A stretch of 64,000 bases of DNA from Rebecca billardiae RCC1528 (lineage: Eukaryota > Protista > Haptophyta). This document shows positions 1 to 13,202 of the stretch, piece after piece. The stretch's first letter is position 1. Every line of letters begins with the position of its first letter. The stretch covers positions 2,356,001-2,420,000 of the forward strand of contig OZ251227.1 in NCBI GenBank assembly GCA_965240325.2, given 5' to 3'. Under the pieces are notes generated by a model, which was not told the origin of the DNA, ran no database searches, and was given only the letters and a program-made list of their open reading frames with translations. A program made the position numbers and the translations under genes.

Positions 1-493
1 GAGGCGGACGACATCCGGCTAGCCAGGCACGCCGATCGTCGCCACCGCCGTAGAAGCCCGCTCGCCGCTGAGTCCGTCACCGTAGCCATGCGGCGCGCAA
101 GCTTGGCCGCGCGGCACGGCGCGCCGCGGTGCGGCGCCGGCCGTGCGCGCGGCGTGCTGGGCCGAGTCGGCAGCCGGGGGCGAGTACTGCGCCGCGCCGA
201 GAGGAGCGGGGCGCCGAAAGATGCGGGCGATGCACCGCCGGCGGAGCACGCCGATCGATCGCCTCCGACGCCGCCGAGTCTGCCACAGCGGTAGTGCTGC
301 GCGTGCGATCACAGACGCAAAGCCGCTTGCGCGCGCGCGGCGCGCTTGACCAAGTCGAGTCCGATGACGGTAGTGGCTGCGCGGCCGCGCAGAAAGAACG
401 AGCCGATGCACTTCAGGTCGTGCACACCGATCTCCGCCGACGCCCGCTCTCCGCCGAGCCCGGCACCGCCGCCCGGCGGCAAGCCGAGCTGCT

Positions 494-534
494 CGGCGCG
501 GCGCGGCGCGGCGCGGCGCGGCGCGGCGCGGCGC
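494..534. repeat. (CGGCG)n pentanucleotide microsatellite
   Basis: About 8 tandem CGGCG units read directly from the sequence. Confidence 0.9.
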
Positions 535-1109
535 GCCGAGCCACGGCGCCGCCCGTCGGCGGGGCGCGCTCAGCCGAGGCGAGGATGATGCAGATGGCAA
601 GTAGACTGCCATGCAGAAAGAAGCGGTCGACGCGCCTTGGGATGTGCGCGCCGAGCACTGCCGCGTGCGGTTGTGCTGGACACGCGTCGCCGTCGGAACC
701 GTCGGCGTGCCAGCAGGAAGAGCAGGAGAAGGGCAGGAAGAAGGGCAGGCCCGCATGACGTGTATCGGAGGGCGCGGCGTGCTCAGCTTGGCGGCGTGCC
801 GCACCGACGGGCGGAGGCAGGCGAGGGCGAGCGCCGGCGGCGGTTGGGGGCGCCGCGCGCGCGTGCGGAGGTCGCCGACCGAGGGGTGGGGCCGTCGCGG
901 GCGCTCTGTTCTCGGCTGAATTCAAACTCCAAACCGCAGTCGTCGATTCAAAATCACTACGCCACCTGGTTATTCGGACTCTTCCGGACTTTGAACCCCT
1001 CGAACCCCGACCGGGTTGAACCCCCTCGTCGAGATCGAACCCCCAGTCTGAGATTGTCCCCGACAATAGGAACGCTGCCCCCTCCGCCGAACCCCTTCTT
1101 GTCCCCGGT

Positions 1110-1560
1110 ACCGATTCGATTGGCTTCGATCGACAAAACGGATGCGTTCGATCGCGATCGATCATCTACTCCGATTCACAAACGATCGTGATCAATCGTA
1201 ATCGATCATGAAGAAGCAAATCGATGGCTCGCCTTTTGTGATGACTGATACCAGCTAAATCGGTCGCAACTTTGTAAGTGATACATAGGCGTCATGATGA
1301 GGTGTCGATCGATTCGCTGAACGCGTTTCGTAAATCGATCGTTTCGATCTCAAACTCGATCGATCCCAATCAATCGAGGTTCGCCGATCGATCGAGATCA
1401 AATCAGAATGATGAGCTGTTCAACTCAGTTCGGATCGAGATTGGATCGGCGAACTGATCTGGCCAATCACAATCGATCGCAAGCGACCCCCTTCGATCGC
1501 GATCGATTCGGATGAAGGACCAAAGCAGAACTGATCCGAACTGATTCTGACTTCGACGAT
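1110..1560. repeat. GATC/CGATCG-dense low-complexity island
   Basis: More than 20 GATC sites (hand count) in about 450 bp, many as CGATCG, ATCGAT or GATCGATC. No convincing ORF. Confidence 0.8.
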
Positions 1561-4500
1561 TGACTTCCACGGGTGCCTGAAATCGGTAATACTACAGGTG
1601 GATACGGGTGATCTGGACAGTGGCCGACCCAACTCACGCGGAGGACTCCCTGGGAGCATTGGGGTCGAAGGGGCGCCAGGGACGGACTTCAGGGGGTCCC
1701 TGGAGTTCCGCCACAGCGCGCTTTCTGCGCTGCGGGCCCGTCTCCGCGCGTGGCGGCCGCAATGGCACTGTCCAATTAGCCCCTGGCACTGGCTGAGGCA
1801 TGGGAATCGAGCTCAGAGACGCGCGCGCGGAGGAAAAGCGTGTGCAGCGGCTCGGACGGTTGCTCTGGGACCTACCCACGCCAGCGCAACCGCGCCTTGC
1901 CTTGGAGTCCGCCCTTCCTGAGTCCGCGCACGCGCCTTGCGGCTTGAAACGCTGGCGTTCGCCCTTGTGCGCGGGACTCACGAAACAAGGCGAAGGCGGC
2001 GAGAAGCGCGACCTGGCGCGTGCGCAGACGACGTCTCACGACCAGGTGAGTTCAGCGAACATCGTGCGCCGTCGTGGCGACCCGCCAGTGGGCGCTCGTG
2101 CTCGTTCGCCCACGAGCCCTCGCCACGAGGCCCGCCGCCCGCTGAGTGTCCAGATAGCCCCTGTGTCCAGTTAGCCCGTATCCACCTGTACGTTTGCACG
2201 TGCACAGTATCGTTCTCGTCCCGCTCAGGAAACGCGCGCATGGATGATTGCGGCGGCCTACGCTCGACGGCGGGTCTAGCCGCTCCCCGCGTCAGGTCTG
2301 TTATAGCTGTCTGTGTACACAGCAACGTTGTACCTGCAGCGGCAGTATTCTGTGTGGCGTGAAATTGAACATCAGCACTCCCGCACAATCCGAAATGGTC
2401 GCGCGAGCGAGATCCACTGTGCGGAGCTACGCAAAGCAGTTGGTTGATCAAGGTCTCTTGTCTTGCTGGCGGGATCCAGGCGCCACCTCATCGTGCGTCC
2501 TTGTCACGCGCCTAATGGCCGACCGCGATTGTGCGCCCCTGACGGGCCCGACGCTGAGACAGCGACCACAGGCCACGCGGACGGCGCCGGGGCCGATCTT
2601 CGTCTCACGACTGCGGGCGTATACTGCTGACACCGCCAGTCGGACTCAGCTGCGCCGACCCCGCCGGCGGTCGCCCTTCAGACTGGTTTTGGTTATGAAT
2701 CGTCACGCGCCGCCGAAGAGCTGCACTGTCAGACATCGGACCCGGTACGCGGCACGGCCCGCGCACCGTGACCCGTCCCCGCGACGCGGACTCACGGTCT
2801 GTCTCACGCCGGGCCGCTCGGTTGACTGATCGGCCAGTGTGTTAGTTGGCAGTGATGGGCGCAGATCGGACAAATCGATGGAAGGCGATACTGACGATGG
2901 CACTGGGCGGTTCTGCGGTGGCGGACCGTCGCCGTGGGCCGTCGCGTAGGTTCGGCGAATCCGCGCGCGTATAACAGCGATTCGTCACCGCGGAAGTCTA
3001 TATATATGTAGTTAAACTACTACTTACGAAGACTAGTATCGACTATCGTCGTCATGCTCATCATCGTCTGAATTGAGTATACAGTTCCGCTGCAGGCTGC
3101 GTGCCCGCCTCGTCGTAAACGCCTACCGTAGTATAGGCTTCATCATGACGACGCATCATGCGCCGCTGATGCAAGTCGTAGTAGACGACTACTCAGCTAG
3201 CTTGAGTAGCTACTGCTGCCGATACGCCATAGTACGTGTCTGTCGCCGCTGTCGCGACTCGTCTATGGCTATAAGCGTGACTGACGAGTCATCACGTACT
3301 ATTGTGGCTTAGTCAATCGTCAGACTCGCGGCGACTACTTCTGCTGAGCGCACCGATGACTCGGCGACGGCGGATGCTAGACGGGAGAGTCTGCTACCAA
3401 GTATCTACTACTACTACGCTAGTAACTAGCTACTAGCTTATCTAAGCGTGATGATGAACAGTACGCGAATACATTAAATTATAGTAATTAATACTACCTT
3501 GGTAATATATATATATATATATTATATATATAATATGACTGCTGACTATATCCCACTAGCTGCTGACCAAGAATAGGCTACAGTACAACATCATCCACCA
3601 CGACCAGCCACTGTCTAAGTTACAAGTAGGCAACGACATCATCTACCAGCTGCTGACCAAGTACTCAAGTAGGTGACGCCCTTGCCGACACCAACATGCT
3701 CACCCGCCTTTGATTTGGTCGGTACCCCGATCATGCGCACTTCCTGGCGGGCCCGTGACGATTAACGTCGACGACAACAACAACAGTCAACATCATACTA
3801 CTGACCCGCCTGGCGACCAACATCAACGTGCTCACTACACCACTGCGGCTGCCACTGCTGCTGCAAGCTTCGACCAGTACCACGACAGACGAATCAGGAG
3901 AGCTGCGCCCTCGTGCCTGGGCAACAGAACCCTGCCGCCGGCTTTGAGGCCGACACCGCGACACGCCACACTGGGGCACATATCACCTGAGGGCCAGGCC
4001 TTCTGTGTGATAAGCTACTGTACCCCAGTCATGCCGCTTGATACACACCTTCCCCAACCGACAGTGGGGCTCCACGTTCCTTACTACATCCTCATCCTGT
4101 CGGCGCGCGGTCGCATCGGCGACCGGTCGGCGAGTTCGGACGACGACGTTTTGTGGACGACGGTGGGGCGAGGACTACGGGCGCTGGCGCGCCGCGAGGC
4201 GGCCGCAGCCCTCATCCAGGCCTCGCAGGCGGACGGCTGAACGAATTTTCCGGCGGCGGCGCTACCATCGGCGACGGCTTCGTGGGCGGTGACAGTTGGC
4301 GGGCGTCAATCTCGCGCGAGGATAAATCCCATAATTTGGTGGATCCGCCCATGGCGGGCGCGAAAAATCGCCGCGATTACACCGCCATAAAATCGGCCTC
4401 ATCGAGAGCTTTCCAACGATGGGCACCAACCCCGGATCACGTCCGTGGATCGCGAGATACACACCTGCACCACCCAGGATAAATTGTATGCACGATGGTT

Positions 4501-5665
4501 GGTGTCCATTACCTGACTGTCCGTGCGTATGACCCCACTACAACACACCCCTCCCGTCCCCAACCCCCTCGTGGGATCCACCAATTAACGTCGACGTCGC
4601 ACTGGTTCCACCTCGACAGCCGACAGTGCCGAACGGTGTCGCGGGGGAGCTGAGTGGTCAGCCCCGGCGATGGCGAACGCGCGGGAGCGACATGGTAGAT
4701 GTAGACGATGCTCACGGCGCCTATCGCAGCGACGTCCCAAGCTTTCCCACCTGCAGCCAAGCCTGATTGTGCTGCTGACGGCACACAAAGCCCCTTGCGG
4801 CCGCGGTGATGTAGGTGGACTGATTGCGCGGCTCTGACTCAGATAGCTGCCTGCGACCCTTGGGTAGGCACTTGTTGAGCCCTGGCGCTCACTGCAGTGG
4901 TCTCCAATACCTACAGCAAGTCATGCCACCCACACGGAAGTGCACCAAACGGCAAGAGCTGTTCGGTACAGCTCAAAGTGCACGCGGGTGAAGAGTTTGA
5001 GCGACGAGGCACCAGCAAGTGACTTTGGAGGCTACCGCAGCATATGCGCAAGACGTGGGGCATCATCATCAGGCGCAGTTGGCATCATGTCCTTGCCGTC
5101 ACCTCTGAACTACGGGAGTGGCTGACCGGACCGACGAAACCTCAGTTCAGCGCCACTTCAGACTGGACTACTCTGTCAGACTGCTCGGTCCAGCGAGTGA
5201 AAACCACTGTGACGGCGCCTCCGCGGCGGAGCGCCGGGCACGTGGTGAGCGACGCGCGCGGCTCCGTGGACAATATTGCCGGGGACTAGGCTCGCGTTGC
5301 ACGCGATCGTACTCGGCGGTTTTCGTGTCATCGTCCGCCGCCGCGAGCGCGGCCTCGCCGGCGCGCTCGGGAAACTCTGGCGCGGCTCGCGGGTAACGGG
5401 CCCCGTAAGCCCGCGTGTAAACGACTTATATGAGTAATAAGAGTTATCTGTAGTAGTTAATTCCGTTATATGTCTTATTTAACCAGGCAGGTAGTGACGA
5501 TGTCTTTGGATCATAGAATATTATTGATGATGGCGCGGTCAACTAGTTATATATAAGAGTGCCTCTCGGGCCAGTCAGTGCCGAGTGCGGGCCCTCCGCC
5601 TGCCACGGTAGTGGCCACCGCGCCGTGCGCTCAGCGCTGCCCTCTAATTTGGCAATGCTGACGAC

Positions 5666-8600
5666 TCACGATGCTGCGACTGGCCTGCCGAGCACCACGT
5701 CGGCGTCATCGCACCGGCTGGAGACAAACTGCGCGCGCGAGTTGGTCCACGAGAAGAGCAGCAGGTGCTGCCTGCCGATGAAAGTTGCGGAGATCATGTT
5801 CTCCTTGGCCGGCACGAGCGCCCACGAGCCCTTGCCCCAAGGGGTGCGCATGCCGCCGTCTGGGTCGAAGTTGACCTGCGGGAGCACCGCGCGGCCGCGG
5901 CGTGAGCGAGCGCGCGCAGCGGCGCGCGGCGGGGCCGGGCCGCACCTCCTTCACGCCTGACCAGGTCCATGGCGTCGAGGTGACACGGCGCAGCCACTCG
6001 ACGCTCTCAGCCGCGCCCGCGGCGACGGTGAGGTGCTTGGCCGAGTCGCACAGCTCGGCCGAGAACTCTGGCATGCTGTCGCCGATCGGGAACGCGTCGA
6101 GTGCCTGCGCACGCGCGCGCCGCGGACCCGCGCGCACGCGCGCCGCGCCGCGATGAAGCGAGGCCGCTGGAGGCGCGCGGCGGGCGCGCGGGCGCGCGCT
6201 CGAGCCCGCACCTCTAGCTTCCCGCCGTGGTACCGATCTCGGACTGCGCGCATGCGCGCGAGCAGCTCCGAGGTGTCCGCGAGCGAGACGAGCACGGGCG
6301 TGTGCGCCGTGCGCAGCGCCGGGATGCGGTTGAGCGTGCGCCAGAGCACCTTGGCGTTGGCGAAGCACAAGTAGTTCATGACGCGCGACTGCGCGCCCGC
6401 GCGCGACACGGTCGGCGCAGACGGCAGCCAGAGCTCCTCCGACAGGAGCTCGCGCTCCGAGCGGCGGGGCTCGGGCTGGCGCGCCTCGGTGGCCAGCCGC
6501 ATGGCGAGCACGCCGGCGAAGCGCACGGCGCCCTCGCTCGGCGCGCCGTACACCACCGCCGGGTCGCGCGCGACGATGCGGCTGCCGTGGCAGAAGCGCG
6601 TGAAGCCCATGCTCGGGTCATCGAGCACGTGGTTGTACCCGTAGGAGCTCGGGTCGTCCCAGCCGGCGGAGGCGACCTCGAGGTCGGCGTCTCGGTAGAG
6701 CGCGGCGAAGGGGTTGGTGACGAGGACGACGGAGGGCTGGAGCAGCAGCACACCGTACCCCGCGAGCAGCGCCTGCCGCAGCGCCGCCCAGCGCAGCGCG
6801 GGCTCGGGCAGGGCCTCGAGCGCGCGCGCGGGCAGCGCGTCGGCGAGGGCCATCCAGGGCAGCCCGCTCTCGCGCGCCGCCTGCGAGGGAAGCACGGCGG
6901 CCGCGGCCGCGTCGGCGGCGGGCTGCGCGCTCTCGTCGTGCGCGAGCAGCAGCACGTTGCGCACGCCCGCGCTGCCCGCCGCCTCGGCGAACAGCGGCAG
7001 CGCGCGCGCGTTCGCGCGCGTCAGCACCACGAGCAGCACCTCGCCGCGCGCGCCGACCGCGCTCAGCTTCTCGCACAGCGCGCGCTGCTGGTCGGACTCG
7101 TCGCAGCTCTGCTCGGCGCGGCCGGGCGAGCGCTCGAGGAAGGCGTTCTTGGGCGGCAGCGGCGCGCAGCCGCCCGCCTTCACCGCCTGCATGCTCGGCT
7201 GCACGTGCGCCCCCGCGACGAAGCCGTCGTTCAGCTCCATCCAGAACGGCGCCTCGACCTCTGCGATCGGCCGCAGCGTGCGCGGCTCCTTGCGCGCCGT
7301 GCGCTCGAGAGCGTCCAGCTGGCCGCCGTGGTACCGCGCGTTGATGTCGATCATGTGCATCTCCTTGCTCTGGTGGTAGTTCACGTGCACGACGACGGGC
7401 GTGTGGCCCTGCAGCGCCTTCGACGGCCGGATCGCGCGGAGCAGCGTCTTCGAGTTGCAGAAGCACATGTGGTTCATCACACGCACCGAGAGCCCCGCGT
7501 TGAGCCAGTCGTCGTGGGTCGGCAGCGTCGACTCCTGCGAGAAGGCGGTCTGGTCCCACGTGTCCTCGGTCTCCATGCGGTGCGCGAGCAGCTGCATCAT
7601 GCGCAGCCCCGCGCGCGTCGCCTGCAGGTACCACAGCCCCGAGTTGAACGCCGTGATCCGGTAGCCCTCGACCGCGCGCGCGCTGCCCATCGTCGCGTCG
7701 TCCAGATGCTCCGTCCATCCGTAAGCGGTCTGCGGGCGCGCGCGCCGCGCGGCGGGCGGCACGGTCGGGCGTGGGCGCACGCGCGCACGCGCGCGCACGC
7801 CGGCCCACCCCGCCACGCCACGCCACGCGCGCGCGCCCGCCTGCCCCCCCTCGCGCGCGCGCACCTCCCAGTCCCACCCGTCCGTGGCGCCCTCCAGGTC
7901 GGTATCCCGCCACATGAACGAGAACGGGTTGCGCAGCCACACGATGTCGATGTCGCTCATCAGCACCGAGCAGCCGACCTCGAGGAACTCGCGCACGATG
8001 CGGAACTTCTGCGCGGAGATCTTGTGCGAGCCCTTCGCCGTCGAGATCTGCGCCGGCATCGCGCGCGCGCGCGCCGCGGCGCCGTCACGGCGCGCCGCGC
8101 GCAGCGCCTGGGGCGCTTGCCCCCGCGGCGCGAGCGCGCGCGCGCAGGTCGGCCGCGCGGGGGCTGGCGCGCACCTTCTTGTAGTAGGCGACGCCGCGCT
8201 TGGCGAGCCAGTCCACCAGAGCCTGGTCCAGCGCGATGATCATCACGTTCTGAATCCCCGCCTTCTCCACCGCGCTGAGGAAGTTCTCCAGCTGGCCGAT
8301 GATCTTGGAGTTGCACACGGCCGTGAGCACCTCGCGCCGGATCGCGACGCGCGAGACGACCTCGCACAGCTCCTTGAGGTCGTCGCGGTCGCAGTTCGCG
8401 GGGAAATTGTCCGACTCGGGCGGCACGATGTACTCGAGTGGGCGCGTCGGCCCGAGCGTGCCCGGCCGCGGCGTGCAGTCCGTGTAGTTGTGCGACGGAT
8501 TACGCGACGGCGGCAGCAACGGCGCCTCCCACGGCACGACGCGAGGGGGAGGCGCCGCGGCGCTCAGCGTCCGAGCGTTGGACGCGTGGGTGGGCTGCTC

Positions 8601-8813
8601 GAATGCACGCTGCGCCGGTCGTGCCCTCGGCGGCTGCGCAAACTCGCTCGCGCGGTCCGTATCGCGCGGCGCGAGCAGCATCGGCCGGCGCAGCGCCGCC
8701 CGCCGACCTGTTGGATCATCGGCGATCTGCAGGTTGAGCGCGTTGTGCATGACCATCAGGGCGAAGATGGACAGGGCCGCCAGCGCGAAGAGCCGCGTCG
8801 TGCTGACACCCAT
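5666..8813 (-). CDS. Type II membrane nucleotide-diphospho-sugar transferase (GT77/RRA arabinosyltransferase-like) with two tandem GT domains, 5 exons, ~902 aa
   Basis: Exons 8813-8175, 8047-7865, 7729-6212, 6104-5946 and 5875-5666 join in phase 0 through GT..AG introns. N-terminal TM helix; SDIDIVWLRNPF DxD motif, FNSGLWY and WDQTAF; a second degenerate domain (QPSVVLVTNPF..DADLE..GWD..CFANAK); C-terminal TPWGKGSW domain. Confidence 0.85.
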
Positions 8814-8983
8814 GGCTCCGCGGCGCGCGCTCCCTCGTGCGCCTCAACGCTCGGCACGACCGCGCGGTAGCGAGTCGCTGAGCCAAACACCGCGGACGAT
8901 GGTGCCGCCGCCGCGCGATGCAAAATGGGAAAACAGAAAAAGTGAACTCGTTCGGCTATCTACGTATCATCGTGCAAACCAGC

Positions 8984-9439
8984 ATGGCACCGGTGAGACT
9001 GGTGCGCCGGCTGCCGCAAATCCTCGCGCTGGGCGATGTCGCCGTTGCCGTGCGCAGGATGGACGCCGCCGACGTCGAGTCCTTCGCTGATCTCACAGGC
9101 GACCGCAACCCGCTGCACTTCGACGACGCCTTCGCCGCGCAGTCCCGCTTTGGCGCGCGCGTCGTGCACGGCATGCTGTACGCCACGCTGTTCAACGCGA
9201 TCATCGCAGCGGACATGCCCGGCGCGGTGCACGTCACGCAGGCGTTCGAGTTCAAGCAGCCGGTCTTTCTCGGCGACGAGGTCACCGCGCGGCTGCAAGT
9301 GCGCGCCATCACCGTGCCCAAGAGGCTCGTCGAGTTTGACGAGGTGTGCACCAACCAGGAGGGCACCGTCGTGCTCTGCGGCTCCGCCTCGCTCTTCGCC
9401 CCCCGCCGGTACTTGAGACCTGTTCGGCCGTCGAAGTGA
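8984..9439 (+). CDS. MaoC-like (R)-specific enoyl-CoA hydratase / hot-dog dehydratase
   Basis: Hydratase-2 motif DVESFADLTGDRNPLHFD, plus FGARVVHGML and FKQPVFLGD. ATG at 8984. Confidence 0.9.
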   Translation: MAPVRLVRRLPQILALGDVAVAVRRMDAADVESFADLTGDRNPLHFDDAFAAQSRFGARVVHGMLYATLFNAIIAADMPGAVHVTQAFEFKQPVFLGDEVTARLQVRAITVPKRLVEFDEVCTNQEGTVVLCGSASLFAPRRYLRPVRPSK

Positions 9440-10550
9440 GGCCGTGCGAAGGGAATGGCACTCGGGTTCCGGCGATCGAAATTGGCCGCGCCCCTCACCC
9501 ACGCACCAGCCATCTCGACGCCCCAGCCGCCGGGCGCCCGCCGCTCCGGCCGCCTCCGGGGGACTCACCTCCCCGACCTCCCGGCTGGTGCCGTTCACTG
9601 CCGCGAACGGAGCTACCAAGGCGCTGCTCTGCTGGCGCCTCCATCGCGGCCAGTGCCGTGCCGGCGCCGCGATGGCAGCGGCTGCACGAGCAGTCCTCAC
9701 AGTCTCCGGCCTCCACGCCCGTAGTGGTAGGTGCTGTGAGATACAGTTCACTCAGTTGTCACTACTCGCATGCACGTTCGTCCGAGAAAAGAGGCGTTCG
9801 CTTTTTATCGAATCCTCTCACTAACAGGGAAAAAACGACCGCTCAGGGCGTTCGTGTTTTATCGAAAGCGTAAAAATGGGGGGAAATGACTGCACAAGAA
9901 GAATTTGGCGCGTTGATGATTGAATCAATCATCATCAAGCACGCCCCGGTAGATCGACAGGCAATGCCGTTCATGTTTCGTGATTGCATCATCGGTCGCG
10001 CGCTTGTGGTCGGGAGATAGAACCGGAGATTACCCGCTCCACACCTTAGATGCTAAGAAATAATCATCAGGCCGGTGTCGTCGTTGCCCGGCACGGTAGA
10101 TTCCCGTGTCTGGATGTGATGATCATTGATGAAAGGCGCCCAAGGCGGTGACCACAATCAAGCCCGGTACTCCGCAAGTATGTACTTCGCACCCGAGAAC
10201 GCGCTTCTGGAAGGAAGATCGCCACTGGCCTGGTACTGGCAAAATCTATCTGCGAGCGGCATCGATATCTCCACATAGGACTTGCTAAAACGAACCAGTA
10301 AAAAACCGTTCACCCTGCTGGGATTATTCGCGGGTATTATCTCGCACGCAAAGAGCGACGTCGGAGGCTGGTCCACCTACTACGCGAGCGCTTCGGCTAC
10401 CCATTGACCGCGCTCTGGCGGGAGTTTCTTTCGGCTCGCGTTTAGCGGCCTGCCTCAGAGTTGCGGAGCGAGTCTTCGCCCTCGCTCGCATCTCCTCCTC
10501 ACCCCGTCACACGCTCGCACCTGTCGGAGGCCGGGTGGCGACCGACGTTG

Positions 10551-12325
10551 ATGCTGCACGGCTCGCCGGCGGGCGGGCCTCACGATAATGCCAGCCAGCG
10601 GCGGTCGTGGACGGCGGAGGAGGACGACCGCCTCAAGGACATCGTCGCGGAGGTAGGAGCGCGCTCTTGGTCGACGATTGCGCAGCGGATGGGCACAAGG
10701 AATGACTGGTGCGCGCGCGCACCTGCTGCGCGCGCGAGAGGCGCGGGGTGCCCTGGGGCAGGGCTCGCGCGGCGCCCTGCGTGTGCGTCTGCGTGACCGG
10801 TGCCACCCACTGCGTGACGCCTGGCGCCGCATGACGCCTCCGCCGTCACCACCGTTGCGCAACCGCAGGCAATGCCGAGAGCGCTGGCAGAACCACCTGG
10901 CGACGGGCGTGCGCAAGGGCGATTGGACGCCTGAGGAGGACGCCATCCTCGTGCAGGCGGTGGCGATGAATGGAGATCAGGTACACGCCGCGCGCTCTCC
11001 GCGCGAGGGCGCACCCGCGCACTGCCTGCTGCCTTCCACCGTGCTCACCTCTCCCCGTTCGCGCGCCCCTCCCTCGCGCCACCGACTCGCGCGCCGCGCC
11101 GACCGCGTAAACCGCGAAGCGCTGGTCGCGGCTCAAGGTGCATTTGCCCGGCCGCACCGGCCACGCGATCAAGAATAGATACCACGCGCTCCAGCGGCAG
11201 GCAGGGCGGCAGGACTCGGGCTCAGACCAAGGACAGCCGCACCACGTCCCGCCACTGCCGCCGCCCGCACCGCAGGCGCTCGCCGGCCCTCCGCGGCTGC
11301 CGATGTCATTGCAGCCACACCTGCAGCAGCCGAGGGCCGAGCATGTGCAACGGCAGCCGCCGCCCACAATGGTCCCAGTCCACATGCAGCCGCCGCAGCA
11401 GCCGCGGCCAGCGCCCATGCAGCAGCCTGCGATGACGCCGACCATGCCCGGCCACGGCCCACCGCTCGATCCCATGGGCGCGCAGCACCCGCCCGCGACG
11501 GTCATGTGGCAGCAGCCCGCGCCGCCCAACCCCCTAGCTCCACCCGCCCCCCCCGCGCCTCATCAGCAACCCTACGCGTACGCCCCGCCGCCGCAGTGCA
11601 TGGGGATCGCTGGCTCGACCTCCACGCCGATGCCGTCGTGGGCCAACACGATGACGCTGGCGGCCTGCGGCTCGATGGTGCCGCAGGGGCCGCAGCAGCA
11701 GCAGCAGCCGATGCCGCAGATGATGCTCGCCGTCGTCGGGCCGTCGCCGCAGCAGCCGCAGCAGCCGCAGCAGCCGCAGCAGCCGCCGCCGCTAGGGAAG
11801 ACGTTCGCGCTCTCGCACTCGGCCGCGCCGCAGGAAGGCCCCGCCGCCGACAACGGCCGGGCGAAGCCGCCCTCCTCCTCGGGCTGCGAGCGCATCTCGC
11901 GACTGGCGCAGGACATCGTCGACGTGATCGAGACGCGCCAGCACCTTCCGGCGAGTGAGCGCGTGAAGGCGATTGACCGGCTGGTCGCCGAGCTGCGCCG
12001 AGAGGCACTCGCGGCGGTGCAAGGCACGGTCGACGGCGGACAGGCACCTCCCCCCGCAGCGGCTCGCCCCCGCCCCGCGCACCCTGCCGCGGAGGCGGCG
12101 CTGCCTGTGCCGCCGGCTAGGCGAGCGAAAAAACACGCGCGCACTCGCAGCGCGCAGCAGAAACACAGTCGTCACCAGGATGCCGACGCCGACGCGGGTT
12201 GTCCGAGCGCATCCCACCTGCCGACGCAGCAGGTGATGTCGACGATGCCGACGCCCGACTCGCTGCACATTTTTCATCCGCCCGCCGCCGTTGAGATCAG
12301 CGTCGGCCCTGGCAAGCACTCATAG
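10551..12325 (+). CDS. R2R3-MYB transcription factor, 3 exons, ~491 aa, Gln/Pro-rich C-terminus
   Basis: Exons 10551-10708, 10869-10980 and 11120-12325 give WTAEEDDRL..WSTIA..RNDWQCRERWQNHL..KGDWTPEED..RWSRL..LPGRTGHAIKNRY. Confidence 0.88.
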
Positions 12326-12625
12326 CTCACTCAAGCGGCGGCAGCTGAGACGCATCAGGACTCACTCAGGAGTGCTCGGCTTCGGCCCGCCCACTGCTGC
12401 TTCAAAAATCCAAGCAGCCGCATGTGCCCATGTACCACTGGGGAATGGACAGCCGTCGTCACACGGCATCACAGAATGGCGGAGCCGTCGTCACACGGCA
12501 TCACGACGCGAATGACATATTATATATATATATAATATAATGATCGGCTACGCCGATCTTCGGGTAGTAAACAACGAAGTTGAGGGCGCACGGCCCTAGT
12601 TGTCGCGTTCTGACACTGTTCCAGT

Positions 12626-12937
12626 TGTCAGGGAACGCGTCTCGAGGCTTGACGGTCGCGAGGTCGGTCGACGGCTTCGGCTCTTGCCTTGCGGTGCGGA
12701 GCACAACGTGTTCGTGGTGCTCGGCTCATGTTTCCGCGTTCATTCAGAATCATCTGGAATACTTCGAGATGCCGCCGCCAGCCATGCTGTCCTGCTGTAT
12801 TTTAGGATGAGGTTCAGGTTGATTTTGGAGGATTTTGTGCGAGCGCCGCCGCAGCGGTCGCGCCGCCACTGTGTGACTGCGAGTAAAATGTTGGATTGGA
12901 AATTGGAAATCACTGTAGATTGGCGATTCCTTTGACA
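12626..12937 (-). repeat. 3' LTR
   Basis: Direct repeat of 15770-16081 with TGTCA...TGACA termini; adjacent PPT. Confidence 0.95.
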
Positions 12938-13202
12938 CCCCCCCTCAATCCAATATGCGCTCGTCTGTGAGGACTAAGCTTGGATTATGAGTGATTTTGG
13001 GCTTGGTATTGTTTGTGCATCTGTGTGCATGAGTGAATTGGAGTCAGTAATGGTTGCCAATGCCAGGATACGGGTCATGTGCTGGGACTTCCGTGTGACG
13101 GTTTTGGGTAACCCGAGTCAGTCCTGGGCTTATTTGCACCATATGTTCACTCTTTGGCCTTGATTTTGGACCTTGTTATTGGGTCATGCCCTGCCTTGAT
13201 AG

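Noticed and set aside
1-900. Possible spliced gene on the minus strand around the CGGCG repeat
   Set aside because: Short peptide-like pieces but no start, domain or consistent exon chain that I can support.
1110-1560. Cyanobacterial HIP1 (GCGATCGC) or bacterial contamination
   Set aside because: Mostly TCGATCGA/ATCGAT contexts, non-coding, and contiguous with eukaryotic intron-containing DNA.
5388-5415. GC hairpin resembling a Helitron 3' end
   Set aside because: No CTRR terminus and no matching 5' end identified.
12938-13202. Possible pol remnant after gag
   Set aside because: No protease, integrase, RT or RNase H motif is recognisable in this short segment.
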